A DNA stretch of 64,000 bases from Chlorokybus atmophyticus. Taxonomy: Eukaryota; Plantae; Mesostigma and Chlorokybus algae. Shown piece after piece: positions 35,327-49,094 of the stretch. Position 1 is the stretch's first letter; the number at the start of each line of letters is the position of its first letter. The notes below the pieces were generated by a model that did no database searches, was not told where the DNA came from, and saw only the letters and a list, made by a program, of their open reading frames with translations. The position numbers and the translations under genes were made by a program. The stretch lies in assembly GCA_009103225.1 (NCBI GenBank), contig RHPI01002368.1, forward strand, positions 277,397-341,396. Reading direction: 5' to 3'.

Positions 35327-38300
35327 CGTTGCCTGCGAACTGCATCCTTCCCTGTCTAGCACGATACTTTGCATGCCTTTCACAACCACAGTCACGGTCG
35401 TAGGCATCCATTAGCTTGCTGTTGGGTGAGTGCTTGCAGCACATTGACTCGCTTCACTTAGCAAACTTAAGTTACGCATGAACATACTTTTATGATTGCT
35501 GTGTGCTCATCCACATTCAACAAGGAGCTTGTTGACTTGCAACTTGCTCCACAGAACTTAGTCATCACTTAAGGTGTTTGTGTTTGTTTTGCCTTGTTCT
35601 TGTTCTTTGCGTGCGTGTGCATGTGCTCTGGGGTCAGAGGCTCAACTGGGGAACTCGACAAGCAAGAACACACAGAGGGTGAAGGCGAGCCGATCCTGCT
35701 ACCACGTTAGCAAACTTCACTCCAGCACCTCCCTTTTTTATGGTTGAAGGAGTGGGTTACCACGATCCCACCAGTCATTGCAACCTTTCGACGTTCAGTT
35801 CCAAAAGCGAGGAAGACATGGTTGCCCCTAGCGGCCACCGAGGCAGCAACGGAAGCAGCGGCAGCGGAGGGAAGCTGGTCTTCACTAGAGCAACAAACTC
35901 CATCTCATAAAAGGACTGGCTCATCCGCTTCGACTCCATCGTCCTAACGGTAAAGGTACAAGCCCGGGACAGCTGGGATGACAAGCGGAAGTTCATCCTC
36001 GAAGCGGAGTACCTGGATGACGTCGCAGTAACTGTGTGACATGTGGTCGCCTCTGCACACGAGCTACTTGAAGACGAGATACTGTTTCGCTCAAGCTCCA
36101 TTTTCAATCCCACCATCTCTGCTGCGGAACGATGGAATGCTCCACGCGCGTTGCCCCAAGCTGCTGTTCGCGTCACGCGAGCACCACCATCCACCCACGC
36201 GGAGGATACTAACACCAGCGGCAATGCCTCGGGCACTACTGCCACCATTAGACCTTTTCTGCCTTCAGTAATTCAGGAGGACGAGACCAATAAAGCTTAT
36301 GGCCAGCGATGCAGCACAGCTATCGCCGCCTACGCCCTCACTTTAGCAGAAGCCTCTCCTGCCACAGCATCCCCGCGGCTTGTCATTCACTAGCCGCGGC
36401 AAATGTCCCCACCCTAGCAGCACTCCCACCATGGGCAGACTTGGTCCCTCGACTGAACCAGCGTTTTCCCGCCTACACTGTTAAAAAATGAAGCGCAAGA
36501 TCCCATCAAGCTGAGAAGGATGCCGAAGGAGACGCCAATCCATCCACGAGCGCATCGCTAATCTGGTTGAGGACACCACCCTTAACGAGATGCCGGTCCT
36601 CAACCCCTATTATTTGGCACGGATGTACGTAAAAACCTCAATCCGCCTCTGGGCAGGCATGTGAAGGCGGACTTGTGCGACGAAGCCAATTTTACCATGT
36701 ACCGGACATACATGCGCGCTGTGTATTGGCATGAAGATTTGGTCAAAGAGCACGCTGCGCTTGAAATCAGCGGCCTCGCGCATCGCACAAGCGGCCCAAG
36801 CCCCGCCTCCGCCTCTGCACCTCCCAAGCACACTCGCTCCGCCCATGCCGTCGTGCGAGTAGAGAAAGGGGCGGCCCCTCTCAAACACGCCACAGGTGCG
36901 GCAAATAGGGGCACTTCATTCGAGTATGTCCAATGCCACACGCTGACGCCCTCTGCAACCACTACGCCATGGAGGGATATCATGATGATAATGATGAAAT
37001 GATCTGGAGATCGTTTGTTACACGCTGCCTTCAGAGCTGCGAGAAGCTCTGAAGGCAAAAAGCTCTCTAGTCGGCACTGGCGCTGACTACAACAACAACG
37101 ACAAGTGGAAAGGCAAGGGTCAGGCCGGCCCCTCCGGCAGCGGTAAAACCGTGGGCAAGCCCAAAATGGCCTCCATCGTCCGAGGCACCACCAGCCTACA
37201 TGGTGAGCATGATGGGCTTCTCGCAAAAGTCAAGGATTTACGCAGATACAGAGATGAGCTGGAAGACCTCTTCAATTGCGATCAGAATAATGCACTGCCA
37301 CCCGCTTCACACGATCCGAGGGTGCAGCGCGTCGCTCCCCTCCTCCCTCGCCCCATCGCTAACCGCCTCACCCACCTCCAAGCCGGTCTCCTTTTCCACT
37401 ATCGCGACGGCCACGGGCTGGTCCATGCACAGCTAAAACCACCCCAGCTCGCGCACTGAAGCAGCTTTAAAAGCAACGACAAGCTGAGTGGCGCGCAGAT
37501 GTTCACTATACGCCCACTACGGGCCCATTGCAGTTGAACCGCCAGATTTGCAGGAGCTCCATCAAGCTGCGTGGCAAAACACATTACAAGCTGTTCGCCA
37601 CTAACCCCGTTGGCTGGCACCTTTACCTCCCTCCAACACGGGAATCTTTCTTTCTGTTAAAGGGCACCCGCATCGATGGGGTCACTCACAAACAAAATGG
37701 CGCAACCTGGTCAGGAGCTGCAACCCATATCAAGACTTGTTAAAGGATGATGAGAAACTTTTGGATTGGACCTATAAATTTACTAGGCAGGTGGCTCTGG
37801 CCTACAGCCCCGCACCCCTCACCCCAGCCGATGGGGCAGTCCTTAACGCCCAGATCAAAAAGACGATGAAAGTGTGCAGCCATTAATTGACAACCCATAC
37901 CACCGCACCAGGTTTGACCTTCATGATGATTTTGAGGACGATCTGGCTAGGGCTCTGGAACACCTACCTCTTTGCACTATAGCCAATGCTTACTTTTGGG
38001 CGCTCAACCTCACTGATCACGCTTATCTCGTTGCTCAAGACACGCTACACCTTGCTAAGCATCAATAACTGAGTGCCATAATGGCACGTCTGCAGCTGCT
38101 ACTGGCAAAACACCTGGCCAGCATAGGCAACGCTGCTCCACTGCAGCCCCTTTACCCGCTGCAAATGCCGGGCCTCCCACTCACGTCAGACGAGTCAGCA
38201 ATGTATCAGCACTGGTGTGATGAGATTGACAAAGTTGAGGCCCTTTGGGATGCTCGTGAAGCGGAGCAACACTAGGCAAAGATTGCCATTTAGGCAGATG

Positions 38301-39042
38301 TGCCCCCTTGACACTGGAGCCGGAAACCGCGAGTTATAAGAGCAACGGCATCACCGTGTTCGCAACACCCCTTGGCCCTTAGTTTGGCCAACTCCTGATA
38401 ATGTTGAGCGCATGGCGCAGCAAGCGCTGGCCACATAGCAAGCCGACCCAATCCTGGGCGTGCATCAGGACCACATTCTTGCAGATGAGGAGTCATGCAG
38501 TCTGGAACACGCCATCACGGAAGGGGTGCGCGAGCTGTTTAACTCACTGCACCTTTTTGCAGCTGTTCGAGCCCTGTCCACTAAGCGGCATATACATTTG
38601 AACGAAGCCTTGGACCTGCGCGACTGCGTAATACATCGGGTGCTTGACAGCTTGCGCATGCGCTCAAATCGCAATTACGAGCCGCTCAATGAGCTGTCAG
38701 CATTAATGGAGCGATGACTGATTATCTTGGCCACACGGCCTCACATGTACCCCCCAAATTCTGCGGACCCACAGCAATCAGTGTTTGATTTCACACCTCT
38801 CGCGTTGCTGCACCACACAAGAGCGCAATTTGAGGAACAGGCACGTGAGCTGGCATTGTATTTGGAATATGTCAGCAGGCACCCTTGCCTACACCCCCTT
38901 CACCGCCGGTTCCATGGGCAATGCCCACACCAATTGGAGCCAATGACTTGCAGCAGATGCTTGGCGATGCACCAGCTACTTACACACGAGCTGCGAATGT
39001 ATACACGAGAATCTGCAGAATGATGGCGAGAAGGCTCAAGCC

Positions 39043-39801
39043 ATGGCAGCACATGTAAAGGAGAAGCCAATAGCCTTTCATGCAACAACAGATGGTGAGT
39101 CAGCTGGTTGGGTGCTGGACTCAAGTTGCACGAGGCATATGACCGAGGAGCGGTGGAGGTTGGCTGAGTACAAAGTCTTAAAGAAGCCTATTAAGGTGAA
39201 GCTCAAGAGCGCGGTGGAGCTTGCAGTTGGCGTTGGAACGGCCAAGATTATGAGCAAGGTTAGAGGCGCGGTGAGGCAAGTATCATTGAAGAAGGTGTTG
39301 TATGTCCCGGGGCTAGCAGCTAACCTATCTTCTGTGCGCATTGCGGCTAGAACAGGCGCTGTCACAATGATTAATGGGGATATAGGCAACGTTGTGCTGG
39401 ATGGTGTCGCACAAATGGTTGGCATTAACAATGCAGGATTCTACTACATTAGCGAAGCCCTTAAGGGTGCGAAGCCGCACAAGAAGATTGCAGATGTGGA
39501 GGTGTCAAAGTCTGCATCGGTTGCGAAGCAGAAGTCCAAAATGATGCCTGGAGCTCAAGCTGGAGCTGTAAAGACGGCTGGAAAGGGAACGGTTGCTCGG
39601 GTGAAGGTTGCTGGTGAAGGCAACAAGAAGGGGGGAAAGAAGGTTCCGGAGCCCGTGGGAGCTGAAAGAGCAAGTGGCGTTAGCAAGGAGAAGGAGGAGA
39701 AGCATGGTGGAATTGTGCAGAGAGGAGTGCATGACGTTGCCAGAGGAGCACGTTGCAGCACAAGCAGGAGACAGCATGAAGGACCATGTGAGCTACAATA
39801 A
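39043..39801 (+). mobile_element. Ty1/Copia protease (Pol_BBD) fragment nested in the decayed Gypsy
   Basis: WVLDSSCTRHMT...KVLYVPGLAANLSSV. No RT or integrase follows. Confidence 0.88.
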
Positions 39802-40656
39802 AGGTTTGCAGGTGATGAGCTTCAAGGAGGCGCTCATAAGAGGAGTGGGGAGCATGTTGAAGATGGTGACTACCAAGAAGAAGACTAAAAGATGTGAAGT
39901 GAAGCATTCCAAGCTGCCTGAGTGGGAGTGTTACAAGTTGGCTTGCATAGTTGCATTGTTTAGTGCATATTATGGACAAGTTCGGTTAGCTTGAAATGGC
40001 TAAGTTCTTAGTGTACTAGTGGTTATGATATAAGGACTGATATCGAGCAGTTGTGAGCCCAGTGGCCAATATCTGAGCAGTGTGCAACGCGGAATGTGAG
40101 CAAGCCCAAAGACTCCGGGCTTGGCTAAATCAGGCGCAGGCTGGCGCAGCCCATAGCTTTAAAAGAATGGCAAGAACTCAGTGTGTGATTAATCTTATGG
40201 CGCGTGGCTTAGCTTATTAAAAAGCGCGTGACGCTAGCTACATGGCAAGACTTACAGCGCCGCATGTAGCTAAGTATAGCTTACGTGGTGCTAGAATAAA
40301 CGTGTGTAAAGACTGGCGGGGTACAAAAGCTCATAAACTTATAGTAATCTAAGCTTGTTGTGCGTGCTCATGCTCGTGGTTTAGCATGTGTGTGTATCAT
40401 TGTTTGCACCAGCTCCATGCATGTGTAGTAGTTTGTCCCAATCTCAACTACGACAATCTGCAACGTATGCAACCATTCATAAGCCTAAACCTTACCACAG
40501 CCGCCGCGTGAAGCGCAACTTCGATAAAGTGTGTACACACACAATATGTAAGTGCAATTCATTAATTGCATTAGGTAAGCATTGAACTTTTTACTGTGAT
40601 GGTATTTGTAATAATATTTTCAATTATTGGATAACTACGATGAACTACTGGTATTG

Positions 40657-40876
40657 TCAAGGCGAGTTGGATGGTATGATGCAACTAGGGCCGAGAGCTA
40701 CTTGGTCGAGCCATGGACCAGAACATGATATGGTTGCTGCAGACCTGCTTGGCCTTTAACACATGAACACATGAACACATCAAGGCGAGTTGGATAGTAT
40801 GATGCAACTAGGGCCGAGAGCTACTTGGTCGAGCCATGGACCAGAACATGATATGGTTGCTGCAGACATGCTTGGC
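40657..40876. repeat. Direct duplication of about 97 bp with a 123-bp period
   Basis: tcaaggcgagttggat...gttgctgcagac occurs at 40657 and 40780. Confidence 0.93.
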
Positions 40877-43800
40877 TCTATTGGCCACATCAACCACGCC
40901 GGCCAAACATTAGAGGGGAGAGCATGCAAAATTGAGGGACCCACCATTCGTCTCCATGGCTGTTCACGGCGTCGAGTTTGAAGCACTTGAGGAAGCACTT
41001 GATATCCCTCACAGCTACAAACCAGAGCAAGAAGGTTGGCGCATTGGCTATATGGCTTCGGCAACATCGAGGACAAGTTAAAGTCCCTCCTTAAGGTGCA
41101 AAAGACACAGTTTGCACATTTATTCAAAAATTTGGGCAAGTGCAACTTCCATGAGATTACAATTAAGTTAGACACTCCCGGTCCCATCTTCCACGTGCAG
41201 CACCCACTGGCCAAGGTCGAGATGGAGCTCACGGAGACCAACTGCAAGAAGCTGCTGGACTCAGTGAGGAAGCAGCACCCAGCACACAATATGCAGCCGC
41301 CACTGTCATGCGCCTGAAGAAGGAGGAGCAAGGACAGAGACGCAGCGACGCATGTGCGGCGACTATTGCAACATCAACAACCACGCTGTGCTGGATGGCT
41401 CCCGCATGTACACACCCGGTAAGATCTTCGGCAGCGTTGGCACCTGCAGGTACTTTTTCGGTGTTGGATATGCGCTCTGAATTGTATCAAATAGGCATTA
41501 AGGCGGAGGACAAGTGCAAGACCGCTTTCCGAGGCAATCGGACACTGTATTAGTGGATATGCCCTTCGGACTAAACAATGCACCTGCTGTCTTCCAACAC
41601 GTGATGGACAGAACTTCTTATGACCACAACTCAAGGTGCTACATCGATATCCTCATCTCCAGCCACACTGCCGAAGCGCACTTGCAGCACATCAATGAGG
41701 TGTTGCACACATTAAAGGAGCACGGGCTCACATCACACCCTGAGAAGTGTACCTTCCTTGCTAACAAGATTCCATACCTCGGCCACATCATTGTCCCCAA
41801 CGGAGGGATGGTGCAACAGGCAAAAGTGGATGCGTTGATAAAAGTGCCACCTCCCACGGACATCTCGCATCTGCGTGCCTTCCTTGGTCTTGCCACCTAT
41901 TATGGTCGGTTCGCGCTCATTTTTGCCAAGTTGGCCAACCTTTCAATGACCTACGAAAGAAAGCCATCACTTGGCATTGGGGTGAAGCAGAGCAACAAGC
42001 CTTTAAGGTGCTGAAAGGTCACTTGCAGACAGCCCCCATCTTGGCTCGCCCTGATTACCGCAAGCCCTTTATACTCCACATAGACCGCCGGGTTGGGTTG
42101 GGTGCGGTGTTATGCCAGAAGAACACCAAGGGCAAGGAACAAGTCAATGCCTACGCCAATCGGAGTAATAACGCGGCAGAAGCTAACTACAGCAATTACG
42201 AAGGGGAGCACCTGGTAGCTGTTTACGCTATTTAGTTCTTTCGGCCATTCCTCTTCGGCTACCGGTTTCAGCTGGTCACCGTCCACCAGCCCCTGCAGTG
42301 GCTTCTCACCAGCAACGAACTCACTGGCAAGCACGCGTGTTGGGCGTTGCTACTGCCATAATACGACTATACCATCACCCACAAGCCGGGTATTGTAAAC
42401 ACAAATGTCGACGGCATGACTCACAACCCCAACCCTGACATGGTGGATGTCAACGGCGACACGCCTCGCAAACACGCCATGTTGGTCGTTGCAGTCAGCA
42501 TACGCGCCGAGGCCCGCAACCCAATGCTGAGGGCCGTCATACCCTCAGCAGGTGAAGAAGCGACTTGGACAGATAAGCTCACTTTGCAGGTAATCAAGAC
42601 AGGAGCTCTGCCTGCTAGGCTGGGTCGTATGACAACTAATCGCGCGCAACACCGCGCAAAGACTACACCTGGGACAACGACGTTCTTTGGCTTATCATAA
42701 ATAATGGCCAGCGCAACAGGTTCCCTCACCCATCATCGCCAACTTGCATCATCAGCTTGGGCACTTCGGCATGAACCGCACTGCCAACATGGTTTATGGT
42801 GACTACCGATGGGACGGGCTTGCACGCAACGTTGTGGAGGTATTTGGACAGTGTCAGTCTTGCGATTGCATTCGGGCAAGCTTCTCACATCACCTCCCTC
42901 AGCTGCATCCCTTGCCCTTCATGGGGCTTGATTACCGCTGGAGCATGAACCTGGCACGCAAGTTGCCCATTAAACGTTATTGCGGCAACGTATACATACG
43001 TGTCGCCATGGAACACTTCAGTGGGAGGAGCTTCAGTGGGAGGAGCTGATACCTTTACCAGACAAGACAGCATCCACGGTGACGCGGGCGTACCTTAGGC
43101 ACATTTTTAGCAGATTTAGCGCACGCGCAGAGCTGCTTAACAATGACGACATCGAGTTTAAGGGGGAATTGAACACTCTGGTCAATCGCTCACTTATCGA
43201 ACGCCGCACTAACCGTGATTATCCTCAAGCTGCTGATCTGACAATGTAAATGGTGCAGACAGTTAAGAAAGCGCTCCGTCGCTACTGTGTGACTCACCGG
43301 CAAGAAGAGTGGAATGATGTTCTGCCCTGGCTCGCACTCAGGTACCGCTGCATGAAGGAAACGGCTTTGCGTTCTCTTAGCCCCTATTTCCTCATGTGCT
43401 GGAGGGAACCTCTGCTACCCTTTCGCATTTGTCACGCCACACAATCAGTGGAGGACCTCATCAATAAACCCACTCACTTGACGGAGGTGCTGACAGCCCG
43501 GGCTACAGTATTTAAAGCCTCTATCCCCATGGCTTTTGCTAATCTCAAGATTGCGCAACAACGGGACAAGCAGCGCCACACACATGTACGTATCGGGGGC
43601 TACATTACACATAGACGCAGTTCTACACTAAAGACTATGTGTACCGCCTCAAGCAGATTAAAAACACCCTAGACCCAGCCAACTACGGCACTGTGTACAG
43701 GGTGATACAAGTGCGCGCTCAAGGCACATCCCCTCTGGCGGCACCGAGGTGGACCACGTGCAAAACTGCTTCCCTTGTCACCTCTCATACGTCAAAGGCC

Positions 43801-44639
43801 TTGGCAAACCCCGCCTGCGTGTTTGGCAATTGCAATGCACCGGTACGTTTCGCATCCGATCACCGGCCAATGATAGAGGGTGATTCTTGCTGGGATGATT
43901 GGCATGAGGCTTGCAGTCTCGGTGTAACATCTGATGTCGCCGACACTAACATGGCGTATTCCTCTGCCAGCCCACCATGGCGCTGTCACAGATGCCAAGC
44001 TCATCACGAGGATGCCAATGACCAGGCAAGGGGGGGAGCTTGTTGAGTAATCCCAGCCTCCTACTGAACTTAGGGGACCACACAGTTCGTTTTTCCCTTA
44101 CCACTCTCTCTCTCTCCCTGCACCTAATACCCCACTGGGGTAATATGTTCACCACGAGTAACGCAGCCCTCAGGCTCCTCCACTTATCGCCCCTCAAGCT
44201 GCACCACAGCACCACTTGCTTTGAGTACATATACACCTCACTATATGTGTTTTCCCTGCGAGACATACCTCGCGGTCAAGGCTTACCGCACGACAATGTT
44301 GACACAATATACATTGCTTTGCAAAATATGTGCTTTATTTTCATACTTATATCTTCTGAGGCAATAACGCTATGTCAACTTAACTGTTGCATTATTGTGT
44401 TCATGCGTTAATATGTGGCATAAATATGCCCCCTCTCCTTTTGGGACATTGGATGCGCACAAACATATAATATAATTTATGATTGATTATTGTATTGTAT
44501 TGTATCGTATGGTGTAGTTAACTTACAAATCAGCTACATATATGCAATACATATCATACAAGTCTTGTATTACAAGACATGTACCCTATTCCGTTGAATA
44601 CAACCTCCCCCATTAATTTGAGAGGGGGGGGGGGGGGGG

Positions 44640-44971
44640 NNNNNNNNNNNNNNNNNNNNNNNNNNNNNNNNNNNNNNNNNNNNNNNNNNNNNNNNNNNNN
44701 NNNNNNNNNNNNNNNNNNNNNNNNNNNNNNNNNNNNNNNNNNNNNNNNNNNNNNNNNNNNNNNNNNNNNNNNNNNNNNNNNNNNNNNNNNNNNNNNNNNN
44801 NNNNNNNNNNNNNNNNNNNNNNNNNNNNNNNNNNNNNNNNNNNNNNNNNNNNNNNNNNNNNNNNNNNNNNNNNNNNNNNNNNNNNNNNNNNNNNNNNNNN
44901 NNNNNNNNNNNNNNNNNNNNNNNNNNNNNNNNNNNNNNNNNNNNNNNNNNNNNNNNNNNNNNNNNNNNNNN
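44640..44971. other. Assembly gap flanked by G-runs
   Basis: Run of N. Confidence 1.
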
Positions 44972-46293
44972 GGGGGGGGGGGGGGGGGGGGGCTTTATTT
45001 AACACCCCGCTTTTATACTTAGACTCATCATAATACAATATTGTGCTCCCCTCACTGACTTTTTTTTGGGGGGGGGTGGGTGGGGTGGGGGCGCTTTGTT
45101 TATCTAAAGGGTTTGTTTTTAACAAAATATGGTAATGCTTTGTTTGCCGGAGGGGTTGTATTTAATGAAATACGATAATGCTTTTTATATGATAGCTAGT
45201 AGTTAATAGTATATAGATATCGATAATTTTGTCATTAATGACATTGCTTTATGCAAAGTCTACTTGAAATTGTCATGCGTTCATACAAAACCATGACATG
45301 GCATTCACTTAATTTACACTTTGCTTTTCCACTGCGTAATGCACTTGTGCGAAGTGCGACGACATAAATAACTTGAATTGCATATATGCTGCTTTGCACC
45401 ATTCATGCCTTTTAAGTCAGGCAAGAGGCATATCAGAGGCTCTAACTCAGAGCGTCTTCAACTGTTGATACATGTTGATACATGACTTATATATAGACAC
45501 TTCAATTTTAAGAGTCTGAATGAACTCAGTTCCTCTGAACGCTGCCTTCATTGAAGCGGCTTGACTGCAGGCTGCAGTCTACAGCGGCTAATCATCAAGT
45601 TATGCATCCGCTGGATTCCTGCCTCAGGAATCCAGAACCAGCGTCTCAACTACCAAACACGCTGGAACCGGTGGCGATGCAGCATGTATTGTCCCGCTTG
45701 GCCGGCAACCTGGCACAAAGACCGTCGACGTACATGATGCTGCAGAGCACAGGTCGCACCAGCGGATGTATTGTAATGGTTCAACCGATTTAGCGGCCGT
45801 GCAACCGGCTCGGCCGCTATCAAGCGGGTCATCGACAGGGCCGCCCGCTCCCCCAGTCGACGTCGCTTTCGCCCAGACCGCGCTGCCCGCTTGCGGGAAC
45901 GGCAACTACACCGCAGTGCGCGAGCCTATGCCCTAAAACAACACGGACTAACCCAGCCAAACAGTCGATTGCGACGTTCTTTACCGATCAACGATGGTTA
46001 TGTTGCGCCAAACAGGGGCAAATGGCGAAGCGTAACGTTCGTTGAACTGAACTGAGCGGCTGGGTTGAGTGGGTAGGGTTTCAAGTAAAATGTAAAGTAC
46101 GGTTTGTGTGTGCAGAGCGAGTCGCTCTGAGCGACGTAGCAAGCTGCTTGCTGCAAGCACCTGCTTTTAGAGGCAAAGTGGTCCGCAGACTAGTAGTTCT
46201 GCGGGCGTCGGTTGTGGTGTTGTCATCGGCGGCGGCGTTCGTTGTGGCGTGGTGGACGTGGAGGTGGCCGGAGCTTGCAGTGTTTTGAGCAGC

Positions 46294-48412
46294 ATGGCGG
46301 CGACCACCATGTCCAGCGTTGCGGCCCTGCGCGGCGCCCAGCAGCAGAAGGGTGCCCTGAGCTCAGACTTCAAGGGCGCCAAGCTCGCCGCCGGCCCCGC
46401 TCTAAAGCAGAAGGCTGGTGAGTGCTTCAACTACTTCTTTTCAGGCAAAGTAGCATACAGACATAGCACAATCGACTTTGCAGTTTTGCATGCTGACCTG
46501 TCGTGTCTTAGTTGCCCGGGCCCAGACACAGGCCGTGCAGGCGCCTCAGACGTACAAGTACCACTGGGACGTGAAGAGTAAGTGACATTGTTGTTATGCT
46601 GGATTATGTGACACATTGCATGAGTGCAAGTTGCTTGCTTCTTGGTGTTGTACTTGTGCGCATCTTGCAACTGCTTCCCAAGCCTCCGCTGACATTTATT
46701 TTCTGCCTTCTTGCTTGCGCCTCTCCGGGAGCAGACGTCCAGAACTGGGTCAGGCATGGTGAGTAACCGATTCACCTCACATGCTTGTGACAGTGCCCTT
46801 GGGATGCAGTTTCAGTCAATAACTTGCTACATCCAGTCGACACTGCAGTAATTGTCGTTGGTGCATGTGTCCAGAGGGCCCTGGCACAATGGTGCAGCGG
46901 TATGATTCTCACCCACGCGGCCCCCCGGTGAATGATGACTCGCACTACACTGGCTTCCGCAAGTCGTCACACACTCCCATCTACCGTGGCCTTTACATCC
47001 CAGGGTACAATGTGTGCATGCATGCTAGTGTCTTCAGCAAGCAGCTTTCTTGCAGTAAGAATGCCTTGTCGTTGTCTCGTCTTCAAGCTGTCAACATGGG
47101 TTTGGTCCAAACATTTGTGTTCGCAGGGACTATGGTTCATTCGCAAGGTACCGCACACACACCATCATGTTCGCTCTGGAGGACAAGAATCTTCCAGCTG
47201 AGTCATTCGGCGCCTTCGCATATTTCACTGAAAACCCTCTCCTGGTGTTGAACGGTGCTGTGCATGAAGGCAAGAACGCCATCTCCAACGCATTCAACTC
47301 CATCTTCAACGTTAGCTCCCAGGTGTACTGGGAGATCCTTCACCAGGCTGAGGATGAGGAGAAGGTCAGCTGCGCATGTTTGTTCGTATGAGCCATGCAC
47401 ATTGCACATCTCCGTGATGCATTGCAGACCGATTCTCTGATCGTTAACGATGTGTTTTCAACGTCATTGCTTGCATGTGTAGGTAACTGTCCAATGCCAT
47501 GCCAAGTTCCAGCGCAAGATGGACGGAAGCGTTGTCTCTTCCCCTGCTACCTTCAAGTTCTATTATGATGGAGATGTTGTGTCCAAGCTTGTTCTGGATG
47601 TGGATCTGGCTGGGTTGTTTGGCCTGGAGCCTGGGTAAGCTGCGATGAATACATGCATGTTAGTTCTGCTATCACTTGTCCATACTAGCATTGTCCGTAC
47701 AAAAAGTAGGTGGTGCTTAAATTTGCCGTCAATTGCATTGTTTATCTGTGCTAAAACTTCCTGGCGCTCAGGTTTGGTCACATTGTCGAAGATGACACGC
47801 ACTACCTGCAGCGCGCCAAGGAACGTTTGGTCAACATGCTGTTCGCGTGTGTCTATCAGAACACAGATGAGAACTGGAAAGCATTTGCCGATGTCAATCT
47901 CACCAGTGACTGCGTGTACCGCGTGGCTGGTGATGATGTCATCTATGGCCCCAATGACACTGCTGGGTTCCTCCGCGACATGTTTGCCCTCGCCAACCCT
48001 CTTTGGTAGGCCTGCCGACCACGCTCATTAAATGAGCAGTTGCAGTTTGCAGGCAGGAGATGTTTCACTTGCTGCCTGAATTATTGACCACATTCAACAT
48101 GCAGGTTTGATGTTCGTGGTGAGTGGGTGATTGGCAACACCGTCATCTCTGAGTATAATGCAGTGTACCAGTTCAAGGCAGATAATCAGGTACTAGACCA
48201 TGCGTGCGCCTAGGCATGCTCACTTGTGTCAACCATGTGTGTGCATAGGTATGCACACTGGTATGGTGCTTTCTATTTGTAATGTTGATAGTCCTGTGCC
48301 TGACCAACATGGTGCCTGGCTACAGATTCACCCCACCCCTTGCACGGATGTGTACCGCTTCCGTGCAGACAAGTGCGTTGAGTGGCGCCCATACTGCGAT
48401 CGCCGCTGGTAG
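46294..48412 (+). CDS. Plastid-targeted protein with two tandem SnoaL/NTF2-like domains, about 9 exons
   Basis: The transit peptide reads MAATTMSSVAALRG...KQKA|VARAQTQAVQA. Domain 1 has FAYFTENPLLVLNGAVHEGKNAI...FKFYYDGDVVSKL. Domain 2 has LTSDCVYRVAGDDVIYGPNDTAGFL...CTDVYRFRADKCVEWRPYCD. The introns are GT-AG. Confidence 0.75.
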
Positions 48413-49040
48413 AGTGTGTTGACGCGTACGCATTGGGTTGTCACCCTGTCCTGCTTGGCCCGGTTGATGTCAAGCTGCTGCGGTCGAGGTCGTTCCTGCC
48501 CCTACCTCTATGTGATATACCGCCCCGGTGTGACGTAGGTCTCACTGAAGATCTGAATCACGTGTAGCATAGCCTGTGGATTGCTTTTAGCTGCCACTCG
48601 CACTGATGGACAAATAGAAAACCTGGTGTGTTGTTCAGTGGCAAACATTAACTTGCCTTACTCCAGTTGAAACTGTTTCTGAATAAGAAGTGCTGTGCAT
48701 TGTGTTGATACTGCACGGAGGTTGATGTGATGTACAGCAGATATGTATGTGTTTGCGGAGGTGTACTGTTCCCTGTGGACTGGATGCATGCACATAATCG
48801 AAAGTTGGTCAAAGAGAATCTACTGGACCCTGCTAATCTGTTCAGCCCAGTCACGTTACCATTGACATTCCTCTGTGCATGATTGTACCTCACCTACGAA
48901 TGGGGCAGTAGCATACAAGTCATAATATCTTTTGTGTAGTATAGGACGCAACTCAGCAACTATTTGAGTTTGGTGGTCAGTGTTATATGCTGCTGCTGGC
49001 ATGCTGTGCGCGCACCACTTGCATAGGCTTTCCAGGCTTC

Positions 49041-49094
49041 TGCTTGGCTGCGCATTGTTGTATGTTTCAACATACAACAATGCGCAGCCAAGCA
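49041..49094. repeat. Perfect 26-bp palindrome with a 2-nt loop
   Basis: tgcttggctgcgcattgttgtatgtt-tc-aacatacaacaatgcgcagccaagca. Confidence 0.95.

Larger units (their letters stand above)
35900..44310 (+). mobile_element. Heavily decayed Ty3/Gypsy element: gag remnant, unknown ORF remnants, RT-RH-INT, C-terminal PHD finger, PPT and probable 3' LTR
   Basis: DWLIRFDSI...WDDKRK...YLDDVAVTV* (gag-like), MPFGLNNAPAVFQ, CYID, HHQLGHFG...CQSCDC, PPT aaggggggga at about 44028 and tgttgag at 44041. The 5' LTR was not found and the boundaries are approximate. Confidence 0.8.

Noticed and set aside
39995-40330. LTR of the nested Copia fragment
   Set aside because: No second copy, PBS or TSD was found.
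44625-44990. G-quadruplex-type poly-G tracts (also 15484-15507, 49933-49955, 50581-50597)
   Set aside because: They abut N gaps or single Ns, so they are probably sequencing or assembly artefacts of unknown true length.
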